Virus record (IMG/VR): IMGVR_UViG_3300030329_004481
DNA: 64,000 nucleotides
From: a virus
Strand: one strand, 5' to 3'
Shown here: positions 43,635 to 54,376 of the stretch, piece after piece
Numbering within the stretch: the stretch's first letter is position 1
How the letters are laid out: each line of letters opens with the position of its first letter
Program-made: the position numbers and the translations under genes
The notes under the pieces: generated by a model
What the model saw: the letters and a program-made list of their open reading frames with translations, nothing else
Told to the model about the DNA's origin: nothing
Database searches by the model: none

Positions 43635-44524
43635 GGCACTTCCTCATTATCTATAGATACGCTGAATCCAAAATCATTTCTTGTTCCATCCGCATCTTCT
43701 GGTGTAGGTTTAATTTTAATTATTGCGGTATTTGCTGCTCCTATCATATTAGAATCACTAGTTTCCATAAAAATTATACCTGATGAATCTTGTGATCTTA
43801 TATAATTTGTAGAACGCCTATTACTATCTTCCAATTTAATTCTATCAAATGCTCCTATTTCATCTGAAATATATTCTTGTTCTGGTATTGTAATTGGTAT
43901 TTGCACTTCTTTGATAATTTTTCCTTCTGTTGACAATTCTGGATACATAAAACTTTTCATTGTAAATTGCATATCCCAAGAGATTGCTCTCCTAGTTTCA
44001 AAATCACCATCATATGCGTCAAGATAATTGACAGAGTTTAAAACTATAGGAACATCAACTTTAATATTCATTTTAGGAATCATGTTCAAAGTAACAGTAA
44101 AGTCTGGTGTAAAATTTGGTAATATCTGTTCAATTATTTGCGCACCATCTTCCGCATTTTTGACAAGAACATTTAGGTCAAAAATAAAATTATAAGGAAC
44201 TGGATTGTGTTGAGTTGTATAGTTTCCAGAAACAGATGATGCATTCTTGTTAACAGAAATTAATTTTCTTGTACCATCATACATCACTTGACTCATTTGA
44301 AAACCAATCCTTGGAAGTATTATAGCAGGTCTACCATCATTCAAATTTGGTTGATTTATCCTCACCATAAATTTTTGTTTTGGTCCATAAGCCACTGGAA
44401 CCATTATTGTTTCAATTACAGCACCAGAAGAATTTGTCCTTTTAACAGAAATATTATTAAATAGTGATCCAAAAGCGACCACCATCTTTCTAATTGTTTG
44501 ATGGTATGTTGTTGTTCCAAACAT
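43625..44524 (-). CDS. gp15: tail sheath stabilizer gp15
   Basis: YHQTIRKMVVAFGSLFNNI, VPVAYGPKQKF, QIIEQILP.F.P. Confidence 0.93.
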   Translation of the reverse strand: MFGTTTYHQTIRKMVVAFGSLFNNISVKRTNSSGAVIETIMVPVAYGPKQKFMVRINQPNLNDGRPAIILPRIGFQMSQVMYDGTRKLISVNKNASSVSGNYTTQHNPVPYNFIFDLNVLVKNAEDGAQIIEQILPNFTPDFTVTLNMIPKMNIKVDVPIVLNSVNYLDAYDGDFETRRAISWDMQFTMKSFMYPELSTEGKIIKEVQIPITIPEQEYISDEIGAFDRIKLEDSNRRSTNYIRSQDSSGIIFMETSDSNMIGAANTAIIKIKPTPEDADGTRNDFGFSVSIDNEEVPWR

Positions 44525-45366
44525 TAATATTGTCCTTCAGAAAATGGATCTCTATCTGAAAAATCAAATATAGAATCACTTTCACTTTGAATTGTATAAT
44601 TATTTGCTTGTGTGTCAGTTACTATGATCTGTGTATTTGGAGTTGCAGTCATATTCCATGAAGCACCACTAGTTCCACCAACGACTGCAGAAGTTGTTAT
44701 TATAGTACCTACAATATTTCCAACTCTTAATGTTTTAGTTGAATAATTCCAATTTAATACTTTTGCTGTTGTAGTTCCGTTTGTAATAGTTTCATCTACT
44801 TGAAAATTTCCAGAACCGGAAGCAAAAACAAGATCCATAGCATAACCATAATCTTTTTCTATATCATCGATTGCCGCAATACCAGTATCAATATCTTCAT
44901 GACTATATTCAAACAATTCACAAGTAAGTGTGTATAATGGTAAATTTCCTAACTGATAAAATACCTTTTCGTGTTCAACAAATCTAATTTCAAATAATCT
45001 ATCATTCAATGGAAAATAAATTAAATCACCTTCAAATGGTCTTTGTCTACCTTCAATATCCAAATCTGTCCATCTTCTTTGTGATACTGTAAGTATTAAT
45101 TGATCTCTTATTTCAACACCAAATTGTCCTATTATATCTCCTTCACCACCAAACCCATCAATTGATTCCACATACATCTCAACAGAATGAGCACTTGTAA
45201 ATTTGGATGCAACATCTTCCGCATAAAGATTATCTGTTGCAACTAAGGTTCTGGGCATATAACTAACATCTATGCCATGTATTTGAATAGATTCTTCAAC
45301 TAAATCATTAACTAATTCTTGTTCTAATATTGAATCTGTTTGCTGAAAGTAAGTAGATACTGCCAT
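44524..45366 (-). CDS. gp14: neck protein gp14
   Basis: ESIQIHG..V.YMPR, RPFEGDLIYFP, FYQLG, DFSDRDPF. Confidence 0.93.
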   Translation of the reverse strand: MAVSTYFQQTDSILEQELVNDLVEESIQIHGIDVSYMPRTLVATDNLYAEDVASKFTSAHSVEMYVESIDGFGGEGDIIGQFGVEIRDQLILTVSQRRWTDLDIEGRQRPFEGDLIYFPLNDRLFEIRFVEHEKVFYQLGNLPLYTLTCELFEYSHEDIDTGIAAIDDIEKDYGYAMDLVFASGSGNFQVDETITNGTTTAKVLNWNYSTKTLRVGNIVGTIITTSAVVGGTSGASWNMTATPNTQIIVTDTQANNYTIQSESDSIFDFSDRDPFSEGQY

Positions 45367-45367
45367 A

Positions 45368-46114
45368 TTATCCTACTGCAAAATCAACTGGATATTGATA
45401 TTTGTTTTCTAATTCATCCTTGAGAACTTCAATATTTGTTTTTGCTTCATCGAGTATAGTTCTACCATCAAGTGTTGTTCCTCCAGGTAATTGAACTCCT
45501 TGATATTTGATTAAATTATATCCCCATTGTTGTCTAAACAGCTCTGTAGTGTATTTTTTTAACCACATATCATTATAAACATCCGTATATGTTGTTGGTT
45601 CAACCAATTGAAAAGCTTCAGCAACTAGATATTCATCTACTGCAAATTCTTTAGACCAATCTACATCAACATACAATCTATCTTGATGTCTAGAAAATCT
45701 CATTCCTGGTTTACCACTAAATAATTCTTGTAGTACACCCAAATGTTGTTGTGTCATATAATATGGTACTACTGACGTTTTAGCTAGATCATAAACATCA
45801 TTTAAGTACATTTGATATCTAACGTCAAACATATTCTTGACTGAGCCTGAACCTAATGGAAAAACTCTAATAATACCAATTGTACCTTCTGACACTGTGA
45901 TATATTCATTGTCTATGTCTGTTTGAGTTATTTGATGTTTTAAATATGTTTTTACTGTTGCATCTGCGTGAAACTCTTGAAACATTTGAAGACTTTCTTC
46001 TACTCTGTCTTCAAGTTGATCATCGTCAACATTTATTTGTATAACTGGTTTCCCCAATGCTCTCAAACAATATTCTTTTAATTCTGTTCTTGATGCGGGT
46101 TGTGTCATTGACAT
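45368..46114 (-). CDS. gp13: neck protein gp13
   Basis: ELKEYCLRALGKPVIQINVD, QWGYNLIKYQGVQLPGG. Confidence 0.95.
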   Translation of the reverse strand: MSMTQPASRTELKEYCLRALGKPVIQINVDDDQLEDRVEESLQMFQEFHADATVKTYLKHQITQTDIDNEYITVSEGTIGIIRVFPLGSGSVKNMFDVRYQMYLNDVYDLAKTSVVPYYMTQQHLGVLQELFSGKPGMRFSRHQDRLYVDVDWSKEFAVDEYLVAEAFQLVEPTTYTDVYNDMWLKKYTTELFRQQWGYNLIKYQGVQLPGGTTLDGRTILDEAKTNIEVLKDELENKYQYPVDFAVG

Positions 46115-46156
46115 ACAATATCCTATTTTTAAGGCGTTAATATATATACTATAATC

Positions 46157-46164
46157 TATTTATA
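46157..46164 (-). promoter_or_regulatory. late promoter TATAAATA for gp13-gp16
   Basis: exact motif upstream of gp13. Confidence 0.75.
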
Positions 46165-46172
46165 AGGAAGGA

Positions 46173-46874
46173 TTGATGACAACTGAGATTGATGAAAACA
46201 AGATAAACATTGATTATTCTTTGTTTTCTTGGGATGATTATGAAGAATTTATGACGCAAGTACAATATGTTCTTATGAATCCATTTTGGTGTGTTTCAAA
46301 TCAACATATTAATATGATGTGTGAGATAATTGATCATGACAATGATAAACTTTTAGAACATTCTCTAAAATCATTTGATGAAAAATATACCCAAATTCAA
46401 CAAATACATTTGCACAACTTCTATTTGCAACAAGTTGATACATTTTTTAATATATTTTTACTTTACAATAATCACAATTTTAATTATCAAAATAATATAA
46501 AAGAATTAACAAAAAAATATGGAAGGTATGATGATCAAATAGAAAAATATGTTATTGTGACAAATGTAGAAGAATATGAACTATTTATTAAAGAAAAACA
46601 AAAATTAGACAGTACTCTTGCGTTAACTGAATATGATAAAATAAATCCTAATTTATACCTACAAGAAATAAATTTAATTTTATTTAAAACTGAACGAACA
46701 AAATACAACAGTTATTTATCAATAATTGATGAAAATGCGGACAACGCTCCGCCAAAATATAAACGCAAACCACTATTAATGTACAAACTTATTTCAGATA
46801 TCTTTGATATCAAAAAAATTCAAAATTTAAAAATAAATTATGAACTAATCAATAAGCATTTTACAAATTACTAA
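46173..46874 (+). CDS. hypothetical protein (paralog of 47536..48177)
   Basis: AAGGA RBS; shares IxYSxFxW, YxKIxP and DIFD...NLKIN. Confidence 0.7.
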   Translation: MMTTEIDENKINIDYSLFSWDDYEEFMTQVQYVLMNPFWCVSNQHINMMCEIIDHDNDKLLEHSLKSFDEKYTQIQQIHLHNFYLQQVDTFFNIFLLYNNHNFNYQNNIKELTKKYGRYDDQIEKYVIVTNVEEYELFIKEKQKLDSTLALTEYDKINPNLYLQEINLILFKTERTKYNSYLSIIDENADNAPPKYKRKPLLMYKLISDIFDIKKIQNLKINYELINKHFTNY

Positions 46875-47542
46875 TGGAACTATTAATTACTGGTGATAAA
46901 GGTTTTATAGGATCAAATCTTGTAAACTATTTAAAAGATTATCATATCTATGGTATAGATTATCCCAATAACATTATGACTTGTGTTTTACCACCTGTTG
47001 ATTGTGTAATACATTTGGCGGCTTCAACAGGTGTAAGAGGATCACATAAACATCCAAAATCATATTTTGATAATAATGTAAAAGCAACAAAAAGAATATT
47101 TGATCATTATAAAGATACAAAAATTTTATTCGCATCAACATCATCTGTAAAACAATTACAAAGTCCATATTCAATGTCAAAATATGCTTGTGAACTTATG
47201 GCTCCTGATAATGTTGTGATCATGAGATTTTTTACTGTATGGGGAGAACAAAATTATAGGAGTGATATGTTATATGGTATGGCTATGAATGATAAATTAA
47301 AATATGTAACAGATCATAAAAGAGATTTTACTCACATCTATGATGTTTGTAGAGCAATTAAAATTCTGATTGAAAAGGGAGTTGGTGGAGAAACTTATGA
47401 AATAGGACATGGAACACCAATTACTAATTCTGCATTTTTAAAAAAGATAGGGTACAATAAATCGTTGAAAATAAAAGAAGTAGAAGGTGAATCTGATATT
47501 ACTTGTGCAGATCCAACCAAAATAAAAGAATTGGGATGGTAA
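46874..47542 (+). CDS. NAD-dependent epimerase/dehydratase
   Basis: ITGDKGFIGS, HLAA, YSMSK, RFFTVWG, RDFTH. Confidence 0.9.
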   Translation: MELLITGDKGFIGSNLVNYLKDYHIYGIDYPNNIMTCVLPPVDCVIHLAASTGVRGSHKHPKSYFDNNVKATKRIFDHYKDTKILFASTSSVKQLQSPYSMSKYACELMAPDNVVIMRFFTVWGEQNYRSDMLYGMAMNDKLKYVTDHKRDFTHIYDVCRAIKILIEKGVGGETYEIGHGTPITNSAFLKKIGYNKSLKIKEVEGESDITCADPTKIKELGW

Positions 47543-48177
47543 AAAAAGTTAAGATAAATTATAGTTATTTTGAATGGTCTTATTTTTCTGATATTTTAAA
47601 AATAATATCTAGAATATGTTTATATCCTGCTGAATTGACCGGGCCAAGGATAGGAAATAAAATGATGTCATTTTTTGATGAAAATACTCTTAAATTTTCA
47701 AAGGATAGAAAATTTCAAATATATTTAAATATTACAAAAAATATAAACACATTATATAAAATATTCAAAGAATATGAATTGCATTACAATATCTACAAAA
47801 ATGAAAAAAAGAATATAACAAATGATCAAAACTTATTACTTGAAAATAATAAAATTATTAAAAAAATTGATAAATTAAATAAAAAAGTGCACACATTATC
47901 ATACAATAAAATTGATCCAAAATATTTTATATTTACTTTTTATTATATGCATAAAGCTTTTGGAAAATATATGGTTGGTTCTAAAGGTTTTAATAATAGT
48001 GAGAATGGAAATGAACTACAAGATATATCAAATATAAAAATGATAATGAAAGAACCTTTTTTTACTGTACATATATTTGATGTTTTATATGATATTTTTG
48101 ATATGGACGAACTAGACAATTTAAAAATAAATGAAAAAATTATAAATGAGATGTATTCAGAGTTAATAAATGATTGA
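47536..48177 (+). CDS. hypothetical protein (paralog of 46173..46874)
   Basis: shared motifs as above; start placed at MVKKV. Confidence 0.65.
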   Translation: MVKKVKINYSYFEWSYFSDILKIISRICLYPAELTGPRIGNKMMSFFDENTLKFSKDRKFQIYLNITKNINTLYKIFKEYELHYNIYKNEKKNITNDQNLLLENNKIIKKIDKLNKKVHTLSYNKIDPKYFIFTFYYMHKAFGKYMVGSKGFNNSENGNELQDISNIKMIMKEPFFTVHIFDVLYDIFDMDELDNLKINEKIINEMYSELIND

Positions 48178-48784
48178 TATTATAATAATATTTTTATGGT
48201 GGCACATCATAGCAACATTTGGATTATCAATAGGATATCATCGATATTTTTCTCACCAAACATTTAAAGTATCGTATACTTGGGAAATAATATTTTTAAT
48301 ATGTGGTTATATGTGTGGAGCAAGATCACCAATTACTTGGGCAGCAGTTCATAGATTACATCATGAATATTCAGATACTAAAAAAGATCCACATTCACCA
48401 AAATTTATAGGATTAAAATCTTTATTTTCATTGTGGACTATTGATTACATTCCAAAAAAATATTTCAAAGGATTATTAACTCCCCATTTAAGATTTGCTC
48501 ACAAATATGGAAAATATATATGGTTAGGAATAGGTTTGATACTATTGATAATTAATTTCAATTTCTTTGTAATTTTTTGGTTGTCACCATTTTTAATTAG
48601 TTATATTGGATTTGGAATATTAAATTATTTTGGTCACAATCCAACTCCAACTAATAGATTGTGGATTAATTTATTTGCTCCAAGTGAAGGTTGGCATGAA
48701 GAACATCACAATCATCCATCAAAATATAAAATGAACAAATATGATATCGCTGGATTCATTATTACAAAAATCAAAAGCAGTTAG
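48170..48784 (+). CDS. membrane fatty acid desaturase (delta-9-like)
   Basis: His boxes HRYFSH, HRLHH, HEEHH; DPHSP; TM helices. Confidence 0.9.
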   Translation: MIDIIIIFLWWHIIATFGLSIGYHRYFSHQTFKVSYTWEIIFLICGYMCGARSPITWAAVHRLHHEYSDTKKDPHSPKFIGLKSLFSLWTIDYIPKKYFKGLLTPHLRFAHKYGKYIWLGIGLILLIINFNFFVIFWLSPFLISYIGFGILNYFGHNPTPTNRLWINLFAPSEGWHEEHHNHPSKYKMNKYDIAGFIITKIKSS

Positions 48785-49532
48785 AACATTTCCATTATTT
48801 CCCTTACCGGAAATAGAATTAGATTTAACAGAAGTAAAACATTATAATTGGAATAGTACAAATATAAAAGAATGGTTAAGTCCAGTTATAGATTTGTCAG
48901 GGTTTGAATATGTTTATCCAATAAATGGTATTACAGAGGGATTAAATTATTGGATGTGGCAAGAAGATAGAATATGGATGCATAGTGGAGATTATCAATG
49001 GATAACACCTTCTGTACCACATCAAAATATGGGTATAACATATTTGACAACACCATCATCTATAGATGGAAACTTTAAAGAAGTACCTAATGTATATAAT
49101 TATGTTCTTGATATAGCATATGTAGGATCAACTAAAATTGAAAAAATTAATATACATAACAATGTACAAAAAATATTTTTCTCATTGTCAAAATGTTTCG
49201 GTTTGCGTAACATAAGAACAGGGTGGTATTTTAGTAAAACTCCTGATAAAAAATTAGAACTACTAATAGGATCTGCAAAATATTATAATTATTATGCACA
49301 AGCAGTAGCAGAACATTTTATCAATAAATATGATATAGATATTGTATATAAAACTCTTCGACCTATACAAGAAGAAGTATGTGAACAATTTAACTTAATA
49401 CCTTCTGATGTTGTATGGTTAGCAACAACCAATGATCCAAAATTTGAAAAATTTAAAAGAGGAAACATTTGCCGTGTCAGCATTGCGGAAGAAATATCAA
49501 CTGCCTACCATAGCAGAATTACCACAAATTAA
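48741..49532 (+). CDS. PLP-dependent fold-type I enzyme (aminotransferase-like)
   Basis: GITEG, LDIAY, FSLSKCFGL...RTGW. Confidence 0.75.
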   Translation: MISLDSLLQKSKAVRTFPLFPLPEIELDLTEVKHYNWNSTNIKEWLSPVIDLSGFEYVYPINGITEGLNYWMWQEDRIWMHSGDYQWITPSVPHQNMGITYLTTPSSIDGNFKEVPNVYNYVLDIAYVGSTKIEKINIHNNVQKIFFSLSKCFGLRNIRTGWYFSKTPDKKLELLIGSAKYYNYYAQAVAEHFINKYDIDIVYKTLRPIQEEVCEQFNLIPSDVVWLATTNDPKFEKFKRGNICRVSIAEEISTAYHSRITTN

Positions 49533-50121
49533 AATAAATTTATCAAAATTAAAAACAGAATATCTAAAATTTTGCTCAAAATTTATAGATGTGGAAACTG
49601 CAAATCCTCATTTATGTATGAATCATAAAAAACTTGTAAGTGAAGTTTATGATAATTTTGAACAAATAAATCTTACAGAATTAAATGGCGAGCCCATGCC
49701 ATATACTGATAATATAAAAGAAAGAATAAAACGTAGAGAAGAAACATTATACAATAAAAAGACACAAGATTATATTGGTAGTTATTTTGAAAATATAGTA
49801 GAACAATTTATATCTCCTGCTATGAGGATAAGAATTACAAAACTTGCTCCTAAAAAAGAAATAACATGGCACACAGACTATGACCCAACATATGCTACAA
49901 GAATTATTATACCAATATATTCCAATAAAAAAGTTAAAAATTTATTTAAAGTCAGAAAAAATGTTGAAGAATATTTTTTAGAAGAAGGTAAAGCATATTT
50001 TATAAATGGGGGATTTGCTCATTCAGTTAAAAATGATAGTGAAAATTCAAGAATTGCATTAATGTTTAGTTTAGATGGACAAGATGATTTGGAAATTGTG
50101 CCCAATAGAATTACATATTGA
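49432..50121 (+). CDS. 2OG-Fe(II) oxygenase (Asp/Asn beta-hydroxylase-like)
   Basis: WHTD, RIIIP, HSVKN...RIAL. Confidence 0.8.
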   Translation: MIQNLKNLKEETFAVSALRKKYQLPTIAELPQIKINLSKLKTEYLKFCSKFIDVETANPHLCMNHKKLVSEVYDNFEQINLTELNGEPMPYTDNIKERIKRREETLYNKKTQDYIGSYFENIVEQFISPAMRIRITKLAPKKEITWHTDYDPTYATRIIIPIYSNKKVKNLFKVRKNVEEYFLEEGKAYFINGGFAHSVKNDSENSRIALMFSLDGQDDLEIVPNRITY

Positions 50122-50542
50122 AGAAATAAAAAAATTATTTAACAAAACAAAAGGACATAAACATCAAGACAATTATATTAAATGGCCTTTATTTGAATAC
50201 ACAAAATTTGCAAGAATGGGGTGGGACAAACATCTTATATATTATTCTGCTGGTATTGAAAGACCTGAATACAATGGATCAATTAGAATAATGAGTAGAC
50301 ATACTAGAGACAGATCATATAATTTTGGAACATATAATGATGATTTAAAAAGAGGTTTGGAAACTTTAGAACAAAGTACATACTATGCAAAAAAATTAGG
50401 ATATAAAAATATATGGGTTAGTAGAGAAGAAAGTCCAAAACTTTTAGAATATTTTTCCAAACATTCACAATATGATTGGAAATTAAATTATGAAAAATTA
50501 CATTATGGTGGTAAACAATATATTTTAAGAATCAATGACTAG
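50075..50542 (+). CDS. hypothetical protein, possibly GNAT-like
   Basis: RIMSR...YAKKLGYKNIWVSRE. Confidence 0.5.
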   Translation: MDKMIWKLCPIELHIEEIKKLFNKTKGHKHQDNYIKWPLFEYTKFARMGWDKHLIYYSAGIERPEYNGSIRIMSRHTRDRSYNFGTYNDDLKRGLETLEQSTYYAKKLGYKNIWVSREESPKLLEYFSKHSQYDWKLNYEKLHYGGKQYILRIND

Positions 50543-51161
50543 TATAGTTTTTCCTCCTGGTAAATTTTTTTGTTACTTGAGACAACCAAAAAGTGCAAGT
50601 CTAAGTATGACAAAATGGATTATAGATTTTGCAAAACAAAATAAAAAACCATACTTAACTAGTTTGCCTTATCAACAAAAAAATTTTAATGTTGATTATG
50701 AAAAAAATACAATAATCACCCACCACATGACCGCACAAAGATTAAAAAATACTATTCCTCAATGGTGGAATGATATGGAAAAAATGGTAACAGTTAGAAA
50801 TCCATGGAATATTTTAGCAAGTAAATTCTATCATATGAAAAAATTGGGTGTTAATCAAGTTGCAACAAATACCTTTAAAGAATTTTGTTATGAATTAAAA
50901 AATTTAAGGGGAACTTTAAATCCAGGAGAGAACTACTATAAAATTGATGGTGATATGATCGCAGATCATATTATTCCTGTAGAAAATTTACAAGAATATT
51001 TAAATGAAATTTTTAAAGATTTTATTGTTCCAAAAGTTCAACACACAAATATAGGAACAGTAACACAAGAAAAATATAAAAACCTTTATACTGATGAAAT
51101 AAACAATATGATAGAAATTGATTTCAAATATGAAATAAAATTATTTGATTATAAATTTTGA
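50535..51161 (+). CDS. sulfotransferase family protein
   Basis: PKSASLS 5'-PSB-like, HMTA, VRNPW...S. Confidence 0.75.
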   Translation: MTSIVFPPGKFFCYLRQPKSASLSMTKWIIDFAKQNKKPYLTSLPYQQKNFNVDYEKNTIITHHMTAQRLKNTIPQWWNDMEKMVTVRNPWNILASKFYHMKKLGVNQVATNTFKEFCYELKNLRGTLNPGENYYKIDGDMIADHIIPVENLQEYLNEIFKDFIVPKVQHTNIGTVTQEKYKNLYTDEINNMIEIDFKYEIKLFDYKF

Positions 51162-52711
51162 TGTAATGGCCTAGATGGGTCACTTTCCCAACCAATCATA
51201 TCATTCTCAAAATTTAATTCATTGATATTTGACAAAGGAACAAGATTATCTTGAGGACGTTTATAATCTGCAGCATTTCCTTTTTCATGATCACCCAAAA
51301 CTATTCCCCCTTCACCATAAACACTTCCTGTTTTAAATTTCAATTCAATACATAAATTTTCTATTTCTTCTCTGCGTCTCACTCTAACATCCATAGTATT
51401 ATATTCTTTTCCATTCTTTGTAACCCATTCATTTTCTTCATCAACATAATAATCAAACATATTATTTTTAAATACTGGTGCACCAGGTAAAATTATCATT
51501 GTTCCACCAATTTCTATTCTACTGATAGGATTTCCATTGATCATATGTTTATGATTTTTTATCCACTCTAAATTTTCTTTATGGTGTTTTTCTTTTTCAT
51601 TAGGATATCCAACAACCATTAATAAAACAACATTAACATTATATTTACTATATAATTCTAAATTTTTTTCCATTATATCATTACTAAATTTTTTTCTCAT
51701 GTGAGTGCGAATTTCTTCTGAAAAACTTTCTACACCAATACTAAGTTGTTTAATATTTGCTCTTTCCATTTTTTCATATATTCTTTCAGGCTGATTTTTA
51801 AAAATAGCCAATCCTTTGATGGATTTAAATAATGATCCATCTTTTATTATTAAATCTAATAATTTTTCAAATTCTTTTTGATTGCCATTAATCAAACTAT
51901 CATAAAAATATATTTCATTAATTCCAATATTTAATAAGTTTTTCATTTCATCATAAATATTTTTCGCACTTCTCCATCTAAACTTTGGCCAATAATGCTC
52001 TACATCACAAAATGTGCATCTCCTAACACACCCACGACTTCCCATTATTCCTGCTTCAAGTTTTTCATATTTCCAATTTGGATTATAATGAACTCTCAAT
52101 CCTCCTGGATCACCAGAAACGTAATTAGCAAAATCAATTCCTGTATAATCAGCTATAGGCAATTGGTCTAAATTTTCTATTTGTGGTGATTTGACAATTC
52201 TATCTTTTATTTCACCTTTAATAATTTTAGGTAAAACCAAATCTCCCTCATTTGATACAGCATGATCTGCTAAATCATTTTCAATGATCCATTCAGCATA
52301 AGTTGATATTGGTGATCCACCAACTATTATTTTTTTATTAGAATTGTATTGTTTAATTTTAGGACTTAACATTTTCAAAGTGGGCAAACTTCTATAACTA
52401 AAACAACTTATTCCTGCCCATTCAGCATCATTGTTTGCAATTTCTTTTGCCCATTTTTCAATGTAATCATTATAAACTTCTTTAACAAATTGTTTGAATT
52501 TCTTTCCCTTATACAAATCTGTATTGGATTCTTTCCATATTTCCCACCATTTACTATTAATTGTATCTTTCCATAATTCATAATTAAAATCTCTCAATTC
52601 AACATCAATACCTTCTTGTTTACAAGAAGCCTGTAAATACCCTAAAGCAAGACTAGGAGTATTAACTCCATTTTTAGGAATAGTACATAGGAGTAATTTA
52701 TTTTTCATCAA
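51149..52711 (-). CDS. B12-binding radical SAM enzyme
   Basis: PSLALGYL, IIVGG, GSRGCVRRCTFC, FYDSLING, IGVES, VGYPNE. Confidence 0.88.
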   Translation of the reverse strand: MMKNKLLLCTIPKNGVNTPSLALGYLQASCKQEGIDVELRDFNYELWKDTINSKWWEIWKESNTDLYKGKKFKQFVKEVYNDYIEKWAKEIANNDAEWAGISCFSYRSLPTLKMLSPKIKQYNSNKKIIVGGSPISTYAEWIIENDLADHAVSNEGDLVLPKIIKGEIKDRIVKSPQIENLDQLPIADYTGIDFANYVSGDPGGLRVHYNPNWKYEKLEAGIMGSRGCVRRCTFCDVEHYWPKFRWRSAKNIYDEMKNLLNIGINEIYFYDSLINGNQKEFEKLLDLIIKDGSLFKSIKGLAIFKNQPERIYEKMERANIKQLSIGVESFSEEIRTHMRKKFSNDIMEKNLELYSKYNVNVVLLMVVGYPNEKEKHHKENLEWIKNHKHMINGNPISRIEIGGTMIILPGAPVFKNNMFDYYVDEENEWVTKNGKEYNTMDVRVRRREEIENLCIELKFKTGSVYGEGGIVLGDHEKGNAADYKRPQDNLVPLSNINELNFENDMIGWESDPSRPLHQNL

Positions 52712-53309
52712 TGATCATATATCGCACAGGATTGTCTCCTAAATTTTTTACCTCATGGGATTTAGTGACATCTAGTTGCCATATTTCTCCTGGTTCTAGA
52801 TTGTGCGTAATTCCTTTACAATCTTTAAAGCAATTACCCCCATTAGTACTTATTATCAAATGATAACGATTTGTTTCATTATCACCATCTATATGAGGTT
52901 TAAGAACAAAATTTTTATATCTTTGTCCAACAATAGCTTCACTTTTACTTAAATCACAACCAACTTCATTCTCTATTGATTTTTTAATATAGTCTACTAC
53001 TGTACTTGTATCTTTTAAATATTTAGCAGAAAGTGTGGTGGTATGCGTTTGATGGTTAAACAACCTCAAACTCATAGCATCATATAATTCAAAATTATCT
53101 ATTCTTTGTTGTTTCAGTCCTTGCTTTCTATTAGCATACCAACTTTTTTGAGTTGTTCCTCCAGGATATATTATCATAGTTCTACGAGGAAGATCTTTAT
53201 CAGCATATTTTTCATAGTCATTAACTAAATCATAGTAGGGTGATAATTCTTTATTTAACATATCTAACTTGTCAAAAAAGTTATATTTTAATTTTACTAT
53301 GTTACTCAT
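52698..53309 (-). CDS. 2OG-Fe(II) oxygenase (AspH-like)
   Basis: PHID, RYH, HEVKN...R. Confidence 0.78.
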   Translation of the reverse strand: MSNIVKLKYNFFDKLDMLNKELSPYYDLVNDYEKYADKDLPRRTMIIYPGGTTQKSWYANRKQGLKQQRIDNFELYDAMSLRLFNHQTHTTTLSAKYLKDTSTVVDYIKKSIENEVGCDLSKSEAIVGQRYKNFVLKPHIDGDNETNRYHLIISTNGGNCFKDCKGITHNLEPGEIWQLDVTKSHEVKNLGDNPVRYMIIDEK

Positions 53310-53883
53310 CTAAAAAATCCACTATCAAATGTATGCGACTATGTGTCAAACTATCATTATTTGCTGCATGCTCTTTACTTGTATCCAATTTCCATATCTC
53401 ACCTGGCTTAGGATAAAATTTTTTTTCTGATTCAAATATTTCAAAATAACTATCTTTGTTAGATGTTAAGGGTATGTGATATCTTGTTAATCCCATAGTA
53501 TCAATATGTTTTTCTAATCTAAATTTTGATCCAGCATATACTATAGCGACTTGTACTTTACCATTTACTCCCAATGTTTTTATTAATTTTTTCACATAAG
53601 GACTTATGGTATCTTCTTTTTTTAAGTAAGCACTCACCATCCTAGTACCAAATTTTGTGTATCTTGTATATAACTTGACATGATTATTTTCTATAATATC
53701 CCATTTTTCTCCTTTACGTTTATGACTAGTATAGTGAGATGTACCAGAAGGATAATTGCACATAACTCTAATTATATCATCAGGCCATTTGTCAGCGATT
53801 TTAGTAACTTCTTGTATGTAATACTGCAAATCAATAAGTAATTGTTCACTATCAACATTAATGTTTAATTTTTCACACTGCAT
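53302..53883 (-). CDS. 2OG-Fe(II) oxygenase (AspH-like)
   Basis: HID, RYHIPL, HAANN...RIHL. Confidence 0.8.
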   Translation of the reverse strand: MQCEKLNINVDSEQLLIDLQYYIQEVTKIADKWPDDIIRVMCNYPSGTSHYTSHKRKGEKWDIIENNHVKLYTRYTKFGTRMVSAYLKKEDTISPYVKKLIKTLGVNGKVQVAIVYAGSKFRLEKHIDTMGLTRYHIPLTSNKDSYFEIFESEKKFYPKPGEIWKLDTSKEHAANNDSLTHSRIHLIVDFLDE

Positions 53884-54376
53884 TTACATCTCCAATCAAA
53901 TGTAATCTATTTGTTTTTCCAAAATTGTACGCCGTGTGTTTTTTACTAGTATCTAATTCATATACTTGGTTAGGTAAATAATTAATTTTAATATCTTCTG
54001 TTTCAATGAAACAATTTTCATTTGTAGTTATTGGAATGTGTATTCTAGTCCCTTCAAAATAATCAGTATGCCAATTCATTTCAAACCCTGGACTCATACA
54101 AGCAACTACAAAATTGTCAATATTATATTGCTGTTTTATATCTTGTAAGAAATTTAAATCATATTTTTGTTTATATTTACAATGATATATCTCAATATTA
54201 GGTTTAGGACCAATGCATTTGTATATATTATTCTCAACAAATGTAGGCAATTTCATTTGTTCCCAACTACGATGTTCACTTATATAAAAAGTTATCCTAC
54301 ATGGTTTTTTTATAGAATTTGTTAATTCTTCAGCATTGTCAATAATGAATTTAAAATTGTTGGTTAAGTTGACCAT
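53873..54376 (-). CDS. 2OG-Fe(II) oxygenase (AspH-like)
   Basis: WHTD, RIHIPI, HTAYN...RLHL. Confidence 0.82.
   Translation of the reverse strand: MVNLTNNFKFIIDNAEELTNSIKKPCRITFYISEHRSWEQMKLPTFVENNIYKCIGPKPNIEIYHCKYKQKYDLNFLQDIKQQYNIDNFVVACMSPGFEMNWHTDYFEGTRIHIPITTNENCFIETEDIKINYLPNQVYELDTSKKHTAYNFGKTNRLHLIGDVNAV

Noticed and set aside
361-43783. Numerous 60-125 aa plus-strand ORFs opposite core genes
   Set aside because: They are antisense shadows of well-supported minus-strand genes, with no RBS or motifs noticed.
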